NCBI RefSeq assembly: GCF_006345805.1
Contig: NC_043019.1
Span: 16,615,360 to 16,679,359, forward strand
Origin: Octopus sinensis
Lineage: Eukaryota
Length of the DNA: 64,000 nucleotides
Direction of reading: 5' to 3'
Part shown: positions 1 to 17,183 of the stretch, piece after piece
Position numbering within the stretch: position 1 is the stretch's first letter
Layout of the letters: every line of letters begins with the position of its first letter
The notes under the pieces: generated by a model
What the model saw: the letters and a program-made list of their open reading frames with translations, nothing else
Told to the model about the DNA's origin: nothing
Database searches by the model: none
Translations under genes and position numbers: made by a program

Positions 1-1708
1 TTCACATCAGATCTACATTGTTATCCTTGAATAAAGTGGAAAAGACCAACAAATACAGAACTTTTGTTTTACTAAATGTTGATAATTTATGAGTTGGAGG
101 GTTAGAAAAAAAAAATTAGTAAATTAGTTCTGGGAAGGATGTTTAAAACCTGCAAAGTGGTGGTTTGTAAAGTTATTTCATCAAAGTGTAAATATATAAA
201 GAAGTTTGTATTTTTACCTGTTTAAAGTTGGAAGAATCAACTGAGAGATGTTGACACACCTGTAGTGCTACAGTTTTATGTGTATTTGAGGCAAGATTTC
301 AAACTGCTTATCTACGAAACCAAAGTGTTAGCATGTGGATGTATTGAAGGTCCTGTCTGACTTGATTTGCTGTATATGAGAGTACAGCTAGAAGAGGTGT
401 GGAGTTGTATTGATATCTGTGTGAAATGTCTAGTCTGCACAATGAGTTGAATTAACATGTATGTGGCTGAGTATCTCACTACCAAGTGTATCAATGTAAT
501 TCTCAGGTGAAATCAGCCTGAAATTGTGTGACAAGGCTCTACCAGTTCAATTACAGGTACAGTCTCATTGGGTTTTCATACATTTTCCATTTACCCAAAT
601 TTGCTTACATGGTATGGCTTCATTTGAGGTTATTGAAAGGGACTCTTGTCCAAGGTGCCATGCAGTAGATTTGAAAGCAGGACCTCATTATTGCCAAGGG
701 AGCTTCTTAACTCTTCAGCCATACTGCACCTACACATGCACACACTCAGAATTAGAAAAGCGGATAAATGCAAGGAGGTTTAATAAGTATATTTACATAG
801 AATACAAAAAGAAACAGTAAGGAGTAAAGAATACAAAAATAAAAAAACACTGGATTTGTGCACTAGGTCTATCTTAACAGCTGTTTCGGGTGAAACAGCA
901 ATGACCTAACAGCTACAGACTGCAGTAAAGAAAGAAGGAAGAAAAGAAGAGGATTTCTCATTTACATGTTCAGTGACTGAGAAGATTTGTTCTGGTGGAG
1001 AAATATCAATCACAGACTTCATATCGATCTTCTCTTATACCAGACTTGTTACGTCATCATTTATGAGCTTCCCCTTTTTTTAAAACTCTGCTCAAGAGAT
1101 TCATAATGATTCAAAAGCCTTCCAGTCCCTGCTGCTCGCCTCATTTCATTGCAGATTCATCTTGAACCAGGTCCTTCTATGGGTTTCAGTTGATAATTCA
1201 GGGTTGCTTTCAATGCATCTTTGAATCCTTTACAAAGTGCACCAACACTGCTACATCCCTTTATAAGTTCACAATAGGAAATGTGTGTCACTACTTGACA
1301 AATGGTGTTGGTTTGTTTATGTCCTTGTAACTTAGCAGTTCAGCAAAAGAAACCAGTAGAATGAATACTGATGTCAATCTATTTAAGCCTACAATGTGGT
1401 GCTCCAGCATGGCTGCACTCCAATAACTGAAACAAGTAGAAGAGTGTGTATGTGTGCAGCGGCAGACTGGCCAGTAGGCCCCTGCACCGTTAGAATCCAT
1501 ATATGGGAGCCCGTGTTAGTATCTAAGGGGCCCATCTCCTTAAGTTTGAGAATTTTTTATTCACTCCAGAAAGAATGCATTAATTATTTTCAGACTGGCC
1601 ATGTTTGTAGATAATTGAAAAGAATATAGCACTGTAGTTGCGGCTGGGACCCCTTAGTCTCCTGGCAACCAATATTTTTAGACGCAGTCCGCCACTGTGT
1701 GTGTGTAT

Positions 1709-2099
1709 CTCTTTTCTTTCTCTTTTTACTTGTTTCAGTCATTTGACTGCAGCCATGCTGGTGCACCGCCTTTAATCGAGCAGCTCGACCCCAGGACTTA
1801 TTCTTTGTAAGCCCAGTACTTATTCTATTGGTCTCTTTTGCTGAACCGCTAAGTGACGGGGACATAAACACACCAGCATCAGTTAAGCTATGCTAGGGGG
1901 ACAAACACAGACACATGAACATACATATATATACACATATACGACGGGCTTCTTTCAGTTTCCGTCTACCAAATCCACTCACAAGGCTTTGGTCGGCCCG
2001 AGGCTATAGTAGAAGACACTTGCCCAAGGTGCCACGCAGTGGGACTGAACCCGGAACCATGTGGTTGGTAAACAAGCTACTTACCACACAGCCACTCCT
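1709..2099 (-). mobile_element. Octopus OR1/OR2-type tRNA-derived SINE, full length
   Basis: Head AGGAGTGGCTGTGTGGTAAGTAGCTTG...GGTTCAGTCCC, body ...GAAACTGAAAGAAGCCCGTC, tail ...ATGACTGAAACAAGTAAAAAGAG; many near-identical copies in the window. Confidence 0.85.
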
Positions 2100-3802
2100 G
2101 CGTATGTACATATATATATATATATATATATACCAATAAGGAGTGAATATTTATATGGCATTGGGCTATATATGTAAGTGAAAGATCTCCTTTGGCCCGT
2201 TCGTCCGACTACTGTTAATTTTCAGTGTTATTATTGGTGGTTCAAATGAAGGTTTTAACTCTTATTTCTAGCAAGCGGGCGCATTTGTGTACCCTTATGA
2301 TTGATATATAAATATATAATTAAAACTGGAGCTGAGACTGTGTTGTGACTCAGGTTTCATGCCACTGCTTGTCATAAGGCAAAACACACATATTCATCAT
2401 GAGTTAAATTTACTGTTTGTATTACCAAACCTATATTTATGCCGCCTCCCCCCCACACACACACACATAGGCGTGTTGGTATAGGAAAACATAGATCACG
2501 CGTGTATGTATGTCTGCCTACCTGGGTAACCTAGTGTAAAAGATACAAGGGAAACTACCCTCAAGTAGCTATACACTCTTCTCCCCCCCGTCATCTTGTC
2601 ATCCAGCTTTAGTCATACTTGTGTGTCATCATCACTCACAGTTGATATCCACTGAACGGTAAAACTACTTTCAGAAACCTGATTCACTGACATGAGTAAT
2701 GGCTGGCGGTTTTTGGCTTTATTTCTATTTCTTCCCAATTTTTTTTTAATATCTCCTCCTTTTTCATGGTTCATGGTTATGTGGTTAAGAAGCCCACTTT
2801 CTAACCATGTGGTTTCGGTTTCAGCCCCATTACGCGGCGTGTTGGGCCTCTTCTATAGCCCTCGCCCGACCTATACTATGTCAGTGAATCCGGTTAACGG
2901 AAACTGTGTAGAAGCCTGTCGTATGGATGTGTGTGTTTGCGTTTACGCCCCACTCCCCAAACGCAGTTTGAAAACCGGTGTTTGTTTATTTACGTCCTCG
3001 TAACTTACCGTTTCGGCAAAAGACCGATAGAATATGTACAAGGCTTTAAAAAAATAAGCACTGCCGCTAGCGTACCCGACTAAATAAACCCTTCAGAGCG
3101 TAGACCCAGCGTGGTCGCAATCCAATGACTGAATACCGTAGCAATGGCCTTTCACATCTCTTCAAAAGGAAAACCAATTTGCTTACATCAAAATCATTAA
3201 CGGATCTCCCCGTCATCTTTAACAACGGTATTTTCCCAATGCGTAACAACTTGTAGTAAGCATATTCACTCTTTACCTTTAGGGACCCACATTTTCGTTC
3301 ACCATTTGATAACCGGAATTGGTTTGTTTACGTCCCCGTAACTTACCGATGGAATGGCCAAAGTCCAATGACTGAAACAAGTAAAAGCTAAAAGAAGACA
3401 CATACACACACAAATACAAATTCAAGAGTGGATCGACATCCACTTTACGCCTATAAAAATACATTCTCCTGTTACAATTGCATTTACATGTCGGTTGCCT
3501 TATTGGGTTGTGAGTCTACATCGGAATTTTAAGCGGTAATTTGTGTTATCACCTCCGAAGCTATGAAAGACAAAGAGCAAAAGTTTTCCACGGAAATTGA
3601 GACTAATGCACTCGCGATACAAAACTAGAAATTCGTTGACATTCAGCAATGAACGAAAGGAAGAATGTTAATGTCTGTTGTGTAGTCCTGGGTCATAATT
3701 AGCCGAGTATACCTACGATCAAAAACGTTCTCGCAGAGATCGTCCCGTTTCTTTCTTTTTTATTGTTTTTGTTTTCATCTGTAGTGTATCAAGGACTACA
3801 TT

Positions 3803-4232
3803 ATTAGGCACACGCACCCGAGTGTCCCCACTCCCACCCAACATCGATTTTGTTTCTTCAATACTTTCAGGAAAGTGGATATTTATTAATGAAATTCTCT
3901 ACAAATACCTTTGAACTGATGTAGATTATGATCATATTATCTATATAAAGAAATAACCATACATACTGACACAGACACGCATCACATGTCTACAAAATGA
4001 AACTTAAATAATATAATAATGAAATTATTGTATACAGTGCTCAGGTGCAGTTTGAAAAAAAATACGTGATGTGTGCCAACGCGCCCAACACATTAAATTC
4101 TGATATAGTAAGGATTTACACCATCTGAAAGGTATTTGTAGAAAATTTCGTTAAAAAATATCTTTTCTTCTGAAAGTTATGAGAAAACTTAGTCGGCGGG
4201 GACACTTGTGTAGGTATGCTCATTATCAAATT
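3803..4232. mobile_element. Foldback-type repeat, copy A
   Basis: Arms 3863-3914 and 4126-4177 are reverse complements; outer AGTGTCCCC/GGGGACACT pair; the arm sequence is shared with copy C. Confidence 0.6.
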
Positions 4233-4419
4233 TGTTCTGCTTTTGTTTTATTAAATTAAGGTGTTATTTCTAGCAGTTAAAACGACTGTAAAGAAGCCCT
4301 GTCACCGAGTTGTAACAACGAGGTTTTCGCCAATTTATTTTATCTATATAGAAAGTTACCTGTTAAAGTTTTGTGTGACTCACTAAGCACCATTTAGTAC
4401 TTTCTGCAGACTCGTCACA

Positions 4420-5005
4420 GCAATGTGTGTGGCAAGCCTGACCCTTCCATTCACACATAACCAATTCGATGGGTTCTCGTACAGTAGTGGTAGACGAATT
4501 CGGCCTGTATCCTTAAGGTCTGCAGCTTTAGCACGGGCCAATTCCCCCGACACGCCCATTCCGTTTGATATAATCAGAAGGAGCCTTGATGTAGCTGGCT
4601 TCCCGTCGCCTGCAGGTTTTGACCACGGCGACGGTTAGCGCCCCGACGGGAAAACCCTTTTCTCATTCGGGGAAAGCAGATCCCTAGTGTGAGACACGAC
4701 GTGTAGCGACACATTCTCTGGCTCCCAATTCGCAGCACCTGTCGCACACTCCGGTGTTTCCACCCGTAATGCGGAGGAGAGAAAGAACAATGAGTACAGC
4801 GACCCGGCCGACCGCAACCAGTTTGCGCCGGTCGCCGTCGAGGCGTCAGGTGTTCTGGGACACCGTGCTCCCGATTTCCACCACAAAATAGGTCTAGCGG
4901 TGACTCGTCGGGGAAATAAGCCCTGCAAGATGGAGTGGCCACTGCAGCCAGTATCGCTGTTCATTCCCCGAGGCAACGCCATCGCGGTCATTACAGCAGA
5001 GTACG
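4420..5005 (+). mobile_element. Degenerate 3' fragment of a CRE-like (restriction-like endonuclease) non-LTR retrotransposon
   Basis: Read-through translation gives DIIRRSLDVAGFPSPAGFDHGDG*RPDGKTLFSFGESRSLV*DTTCSDTF...AEERKNNEYSDPADRNQFAPVAVEASGVLG...SLFIPRGNAIAVI, which fits the RPDG...WD.TC and K..KY...F.P.AVE..G...RGNA pattern of RLE domains. Stops and frameshifts are present. Confidence 0.7.
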
Positions 5006-5241
5006 GCTGTGTATTATTTCTGAGACGTGTGGCCCATCGCCCTACCCCGAGACCATCTTCGGCTGCGCTACCCACTTTTTTTCTCCATTTTTCTTTTTTT
5101 ATATATCTTTTTAAAGTGTATATTAGTAAATAAAATTTCATTACAATTTAAATCTCCGGAACTTCACGAGTGAAGAGGGTGGGTGGGGGATGCAAGCGAC
5201 AGTGATCTAAGGGAAGTAACTCTGGACACTGTTTATGTCCA

Positions 5242-5255
5242 GTTTCCTTGACAAC
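5242..5255 (+). promoter_or_regulatory. RFX X-box-like motif just upstream of the SAMD15 ATG
   Basis: GTTTCCTTGACAAC resembles the X-box consensus GTTNCCATGGNAAC and ends 5 nt before the ATG. Confidence 0.4.
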
Positions 5256-5260
5256 CAAAG

Positions 5261-10751
<5,491 letters not shown>

Positions 10752-11529
10752 ATTTTAGATTGGACAAAACAAGAATTTTACTGTAATTTTATATTTTTTT
10801 TAACAAAAAGTCAATAATTTTCTATCATATATTTTTATTTTCGTATTTTCCATAAATTACAAATTTCAGAACTTTCCTCCATGTTTTATTTTTGGTATTG
10901 TTTGTAATTGGTTCAGTGTAATTAAGAAGTTTGCTGGCAAATCAAATGGTTTCAAGTTCAGTCCCACTGCAGAGCACTTTGGGTAAGTGTCCTCTGTGTA
11001 GTTCCGAGATGACCAATGCACCTTGTGAATGGATTTGTTAGGCAGAAACTGAGAGAAGCTGTCATGTGAATATGTATATGTGTGTATACATGTGTTTTTG
11101 TGTGTGTGTTTGTGTGTGTGTATTTTACTCCTGGAGTGGTTGGCATTAGGAAGGGCATCCAGCTGTAGAAACCAGTTTCCTGTGTGATTTACCATGGTTT
11201 CTATGGCTGGATGCCCTTCCTAACACCAACCATACCAAGAGTGTAGTGTGTGCTTTTTATGTCCCAGCAGCATGGGTGCCATTGACGTAACCCCAGCTTT
11301 AGCCACAACTGTGATCTCACTTAATTTGACAGGTCTACACAATTATGGTATTTTGCTAAAGATCTCGGCCACCATAAGGCCTAACACCTAAATGACGCTT
11401 TTTACATGCCACCAGCATGGGTGCCAGTCACTCGGCACCAGCATGGGTGCCATGACTCTGATTCCACTTGGCTTGACAGACCCTCTCAAGCACAGCATAT
11501 CGCCAAAGGTCCTGGTCATTTGTCATTGC

Positions 11530-12560
11530 CTCCGTGAGGCCCAACATTCAAAGATCATGCTTCACCACCTTGTCTCATGTCTTCCTGGGTTTCCCTCTTC
11601 CACAACTTCCTTCCACTGGTAGAGATCGACATCTCTTCACACAGCTCTCCTCCTCCATATGCATAACATGACCATACCAGCGCAGTCATCTCTTGCACAC
11701 CACATCTGATGCCTCTTATGCCTAACTTTTCTCTCAAGACGCTTACACCCTTTTGTACATGCACAGTGACATTATACATCCAGTGAAGTAAACTAGCTTC
11801 ATTTCTTACAAGCATACGCATGTCCTCGGCAGTCACAGCCCATGTTTCACTGCCATGTAGCATGGCTGTTGGTACATAGGCATTATACTGACTACCTTTC
11901 ACTCTGGGCGAGAGGCCTTTTGTTACCAGCAGAGGTAGGAACTCTCTGAACTCTGCCCAGCCTATTCTTATTCTAGCATCTACACTCCCAAAACTACTGA
12001 CTTGATCGCCTAAATAATGGAAGCTATTGACTACTTCTAGCCCCCCCACCCCCGGTATATGATGCAATCTATTTTCTGTACATTTTTAGCGTTTACTGTA
12101 CCTGTGCACCTTTCACATGCAAAAACTATTTTCCTTGTTAACCTTCCTCTGATATTGCTGCACCTCTTATGTGTCCATAGTTTATACCAGGTACATCTTA
12201 TGGAGTTTTTACCTAAGCCTTTTCTACAGATTGAGCAGGGCCATCTAACTGAAGGGATTTGTGATTTGTCTGCTCTCCTACTTACTAAGATTTTGGTTTT
12301 TGTTAGATTAACCCTAAGGCCTTTTGATTCTAGACCTTGCTTCCATACCTGAAACTTCTCTAGTTATTCTCTTCTGTTATTGCCTGGAGGACTATGATGA
12401 ACAAGACAGGGCTAAGGACTGACCCTTGGTGAACCCCTACTTGTACCTTAAATTTATCGCTATACTCATTGCTAACCTTCACCTGACTGACAGCATCCAT
12501 GTAAATGGCTTGTACAACTCTCACCAACCACTTGTCTATCTCTAGCTTCTGCATTGACCC
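11530..12560 (-). mobile_element. RTE-clade LINE fragment (RT C-terminal part with a Cys/His-rich insert)
   Basis: VGVHQGSVLSPVLFIIVLQAITEE, KGLRVNLTKTK, LEVVNSFHYLGD and MLHGSETWAVT motifs with frameshifts; followed by the family 3' UTR (11130-11530). Confidence 0.85.
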
Positions 12561-13424
12561 CCAGATAAGGGAAATATTCTCAATTAACCAAATTGATTTA
12601 GTTGAATTAAATTAAATTTGGTTAATTTTTATGCTGCAAGTGATGAATTGAAACAATTGTAGGTCTCGTCTTGTCAACGATAATAAACGATGTGATCCCC
12701 ATCTTCCCTCTTGTTTTGTATAATATCAATAATACTATATTTATGTATGTGCCTACTTTGTTAGGAATTCAACCAGTCTAGTCTTGGATATTTTTATCCC
12801 TCCAAGGTTTATATCCTCACTTGTACATACACATATATACGCATATGCACGCGCATGTTATCTTTGGCCTGGTTTCTTCAGCTGGATGCACTTCCGAACA
12901 CCAAATGCCTTTGTGTGATCCTTTTGAACTCTTCCCAGCTTCTTGGTCCTTTACGGATCAATAATAAGACATAATTATCAGCATAAGCATCTCATGGACA
13001 AGAGTTTCTGTCGAACTGCTACGTTTCGGGGACGCAAACAAGCCAACACCGGTTGTCAAGTGGCAGAGTTGGAACAAACATAAGATATGTATGTATGTAT
13101 GAATGAATGAATGTAACGGGCTTCCACGCAGTTTCCGTTTATCAAATTCACCCCCCGAGACATAGGTCAGCTCGGGACTGCGTAGTGGGTTCGAACCCGT
13201 AACCGCATGGTTGCAAAGCGAGTTTCTTAACCACACAGCTAAACCCGCATGTATTTGAAAAATAAAACTTTAAAAAACCTTCAGCAAATATTACTGTCGC
13301 CCATGTCTCAATAATAATAGCAATAATAATAACAACAACAACAACCAGGAAACAAAGTCAATCGGTCCTGCACTCCCATCATACTCTTGGTGTGGGATTT
13401 TTTTGTATAAAACGAAAGGCTCTG

Positions 13425-13480
13425 AAAGCTTTCTTGGCAACCGTCAAACAATTCGTTAGCAACGATGGCAGAACGGAAGT
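13425..13480 (+). promoter_or_regulatory. Probable EIF2B3 promoter/TSS region
   Basis: CpG-richer patch with an ETS-type CGGAAGT (13474-13480) and TGGCAAC/TAGCAAC half sites, directly before a consensus splice donor. Confidence 0.4.
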
Positions 13481-13535
13481 ACGTCGATGAGCATGAGCAG
13501 CTGAAACGGAGGCCGTTGCACGACTGTTCCTCACC
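13465..13535 (+). CDS. EIF2B3: Probable EIF2B3 first exon with upstream in-frame ATG (MAERKYVDEHEQLKRRPLHDCSSP...)
   Basis: Strong-context ATG (AACGATGG) and consensus donor CC|GTAAGT at 13535/13536. Splicing to the acceptor at 17884 (ttttag|TGAAGCA) stays in frame with ATG 17900. The join is inferred. Confidence 0.55.
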
Positions 13536-15406
13536 GTAAGTGTTCGGCTTCTTTCATTTCTCTCTCTTTGTATAAAACTTTTGTCTTTATATACGCATCT
13601 GTGTGTATACACACCTGATAGTACGGTCGGTGTGGGTATCGGATGTATCTATACACCCGTTTGTTTACAGCTGCGTGTTTAAACATTGTGTTAAGAGGCG
13701 AAACCTTATCCCTGCTGTCATCTCCGACCAAGCAAAACTTTACGAAGCAGCTGCTCCAACCGAGACCATCCCAACGTTTTCAAAAACTCTGTACCAAACA
13801 CAACCTTATACAATATGTCCCTGCCTAAGGTTAGGTTGTGTGTGTGAGGGACATTTGGCTGTTATTTCTTGCGAGTGGAGTTACTCTGCAGAACCCGTAG
13901 ACCCCTGCTTTGACTCCTCCTGTCCCATATGCTCTTTAGAATTGGTGTCGGGCACTTTTGTTTATATTTTCGTGGTTGATGGTAATATTTATTTAAGTAG
14001 CAGTAATTAACTTAAAGTCGGTTTATCTTCCACTACTGACGAAAAAAGAAAACTATTTAAAGCAGACGGGTTTCTCTGTCGAACACTTCTGCCCCGTCTG
14101 ACATTTAAACAAGGACGTCAGTCTTTTAGAAATGCTTAGAATATCGTGAATTCCTGTTTTATAAAACGCAAATACTTTTTTTTTTTTTAAATAACAACAA
14201 CGGAGAAAATAACCCTCTTCTCGTTTCCCCTGAGGTTATAGGAAGGGGACTTCGAGGGATAGCTATTCCAAAACTCCACACTTTTCAGCGTGGGTAAAGC
14301 TAATAGTCATTCAAAAATTGAATATATATAAATATGGTTCAGCCCTTCGACGAAACAGCAGGGCTAATGCGAAGCTGCATTAGCCCCGAAATAGCATTGG
14401 TGTTTGGAAAACGGGGCACCCTTTGAGAAATTAAGAACTACCCCGACCCTGTTCTATTCTCAGTACACAAACTTCACTTTGTTTTTTATTGGCATAAAGC
14501 ATTTCTTGGTTTTCCCCCATTTTTGGTTTTTCTTAAAAGGTAACAAATGTGGAAGGAAAGTTTATATATATGTGGGAGACTGGATACGCTCAGTGCGCGA
14601 TTAATTTCACCCTTCAGGTTTCTGTCCATATTGGAAATCTCATTAACGAGGGAACTGTTCAGTTTTGACCATCAGGGCATCTACGGATTGCATTTATGGT
14701 TTGACATTTAATATCGAATACCGAGACCGATGGAGCAATAGATTTAATAACAGAATACCAAATTCAAGTCCATGTTCTTTTCACGTTCTGTGTAGAATCC
14801 CATTTAGTGACTATATTGCGCCAAACCAATTCCATGTGATGACCTTCGATTCCAAGACCTGCACCATTTCCCTATCCATCAGTCTTACTCCAGATACGCC
14901 ATATAACTATTATATGCACGCACGTGTCTGCAAGAGTTGCATATATTTAGCTTTTTACGGCACTTCTCAATCAAGGGTTCTGCCTTTTTTATAGAAGAAT
15001 ATCGAACAGAAAACTTCGTATTTTTCGGGGTTTTTTTTATTCGCACTCTTTTGTTGAAAATGGCTTTAAGGGATTTATAAACTTTGGTAAAATGTGTGTG
15101 TATTCGTGTGTTGTCTAGTGAATTTGTCAACCGGTGTTAGCTGTTTGCTAGAAATTGCAGCTAAATCTCTCTCAAATCTCACTTTGTCGTTTATTTAGAT
15201 TTAATTATTTCTAATCATATTGGATAATCTATTCTGAAATACACTGTCTGAAAAGACAAAGGCCATTCCTGCCCTGGGGCCAAACATCTGCTATTTTAAT
15301 CGTTGTGAGATTAGGCAAGGAATGTGTGCTGAGCTAATTCATGAAAATACGCACCAGAAATGTCTCTGATGTGATGTCCCGGTAAATTATTACCTTGCTT
15401 ATTTAA

Positions 15407-15686
15407 GGCATTCCTTCGATATAACTCGACAAAATCAAAACATTTCACTTCGGGTATTTCCGTGGGTTGTGGAGTAAAGATATAACGAATTTATGCCAGC
15501 AATGTCTCGTTTAAAACTTGAAGAAGAAAAAAAAGCCTTGCATATTTGTTCTTACCTGTCTCATGTGTGTGTGTGTAAAATCCGCAAATTTCCAAGCAGA
15601 AAACAGAATCGAACTGTCATTTGCTTCCACGGAAATACCCGAAGTGACATGTTTTGATTTTGTCGAGTTATGTCGAAGGAATGCCT
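15407..15686. mobile_element. MITE with 59-bp TIRs and TTAA flanks (Kolobok-like)
   Basis: 15407-15465 is the reverse complement of 15627-15685 with 2 mismatches; TTAA at 15403-15406 and 15687-15690; termini GG...CT. Confidence 0.75.
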
Positions 15687-16273
15687 TTAAATCTTTTGTT
15701 CTTTAGCTTTAAAAAATATAGTTTATATAATCGCCGAACCTTTTGATATGAAGGTTGTATAGCATTCGGGATAAGTCGCCACACTAATGCAGACCATTTC
15801 TACTCTTCTCAAATTCTACCCCACTCCGCTATTTTTCCCTCCTATTAACATTGAGTAGCACATGGCAGTAGAAACAGTGTTGGATCGATTCCTGTCTGCT
15901 CTAGGTTTCCACACGCACCTACAACATCTTTTTAATTGGTTTTCCTAAATTAGTAACCGGAGCAAAATGAGTAACTATTCTCTCCCCACTCCCTTCCAGT
16001 TTGAAATCATTGCAAATATTGCATCCTCTTTTGCAGTCAAAATTACTCAGCATGGCTGTTGTTGAGTCTGCAACAGTTTTTCCTCAAGTTCGACTCGATT
16101 TTAATTGAGGTTGCTAATAAAATATCTGGACGAGTTTTGGTGTTTAACAATCGATATCTTTTTTCTGTTGGATTCCTCGTAAATTTTTGGTTAATGTTTA
16201 CTTCAACTCCCGGTCACCAAAACAAAACAAAACAAAAATTTGCAGAAACGAACGGGGTGGGGAGAGGACTTCC

Positions 16274-16890
16274 GGAAAATTCACACGATCCGATTTTTCT
16301 CTCATAACTTTCAGGAAAATGGGTATCTTTTAATGAAAGTTTCTACAAATACCTTTCAAACCAATATAGATTGCGATTATAAAGAAATTCTTAAGGAAAA
16401 TTTTTCGGTGGGGGGTAGAAAATTTTTTTAAAAAAAGTTCAAAAAAACAATTTCCAAACTGTTTTTTTTTTTTTTCATTAAAAAAAAGATGCTCCCTGTC
16501 ATTTCGAAGGCTGTGGTGAAAAACAATTGGAAAAATCCTCATCAAAACGGAGAAATTCCAATTTATGTGGTCTTTTTGATCCGAAACTCCTTTCCTCACC
16601 CCTCTTGGAAAAAATTCTTCCCCACAAATTTCTTTATAATCATAAAATCGTTTGAAAAGTATTTGTATATCTTTCCGTTAAAAGCTACCCATTTTCCTGG
16701 AAGTTATGAAGGGAAAAAACCGGATCGTGTGAATTTTCCCAAAATCCTATCCCCACCCCTTCAGAAAAACATTTTCCTCAAATTTCTTTATCGTAATCTA
16801 TGCCATATGAAAGGTATTTCTATAAAATTTCTTTTGTATCCATTTTCCTTAAAGTTATGAAGGAAAATTCGGATCCTGTGAATTTTCCAA
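16274..16890. mobile_element. Foldback-type repeat, copy C, with a duplicated right arm
   Basis: 16274-16410 pairs with 16610-16739; 16745-16890 repeats the right arm directly. Confidence 0.65.
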
Positions 16891-16973
16891 AAGCCCCCCC
16901 CCACTCTCGTTGGTTTGCGCAAATTTTTGTTCATTTTCTACACATATTGTTACGTTTTTAGCTCCTCAAGTCT

Positions 16974-17183
16974 GAGGGGAGTGGGGCTGAAAAGTTCTTG
17001 GCTTTGGGTAAAAGGAAATACAGGAGGATCAGTTACAACCTCTTCTCCTCTCAGGTTCACATGCCACAATACAGCAGTCTCTAAGTTTTTCTAAGCATTG
17101 TAAAAACAAAAACTCGGAAAGTTGGGCCCCCAACCAGACCTTTCAGGATGCCCTTAAAACCCGGAACTTTTCAGCACCCTCTC
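16974..17183. mobile_element. Tc1/mariner-type MITE
   Basis: GAGGGAGTGGGGCTGAAAAGTTCTTGG ... CCGGAACTTTTCAGCACCCTCTC inverted ends; a partial second copy is at ~61139-61250. Confidence 0.65.

Noticed and set aside
312-520. F-box-like peptide LISPENYIDTLGSEILSHI on the minus strand
   Set aside because: All three frames hit stops within ~30-60 codons and no consistent exon chain was found.
4574-5141. Minus-strand 122-aa and 168-aa ORFs
   Set aside because: They are antisense to the CRE-like retroelement fragment, which explains the GC richness and open frames.
14590-14620. Alternative EIF2B3 5' exon ending at CAG|GTTTCT
   Set aside because: The donor is weak and no clear acceptor or promoter was seen; the 13535 donor is much better supported.
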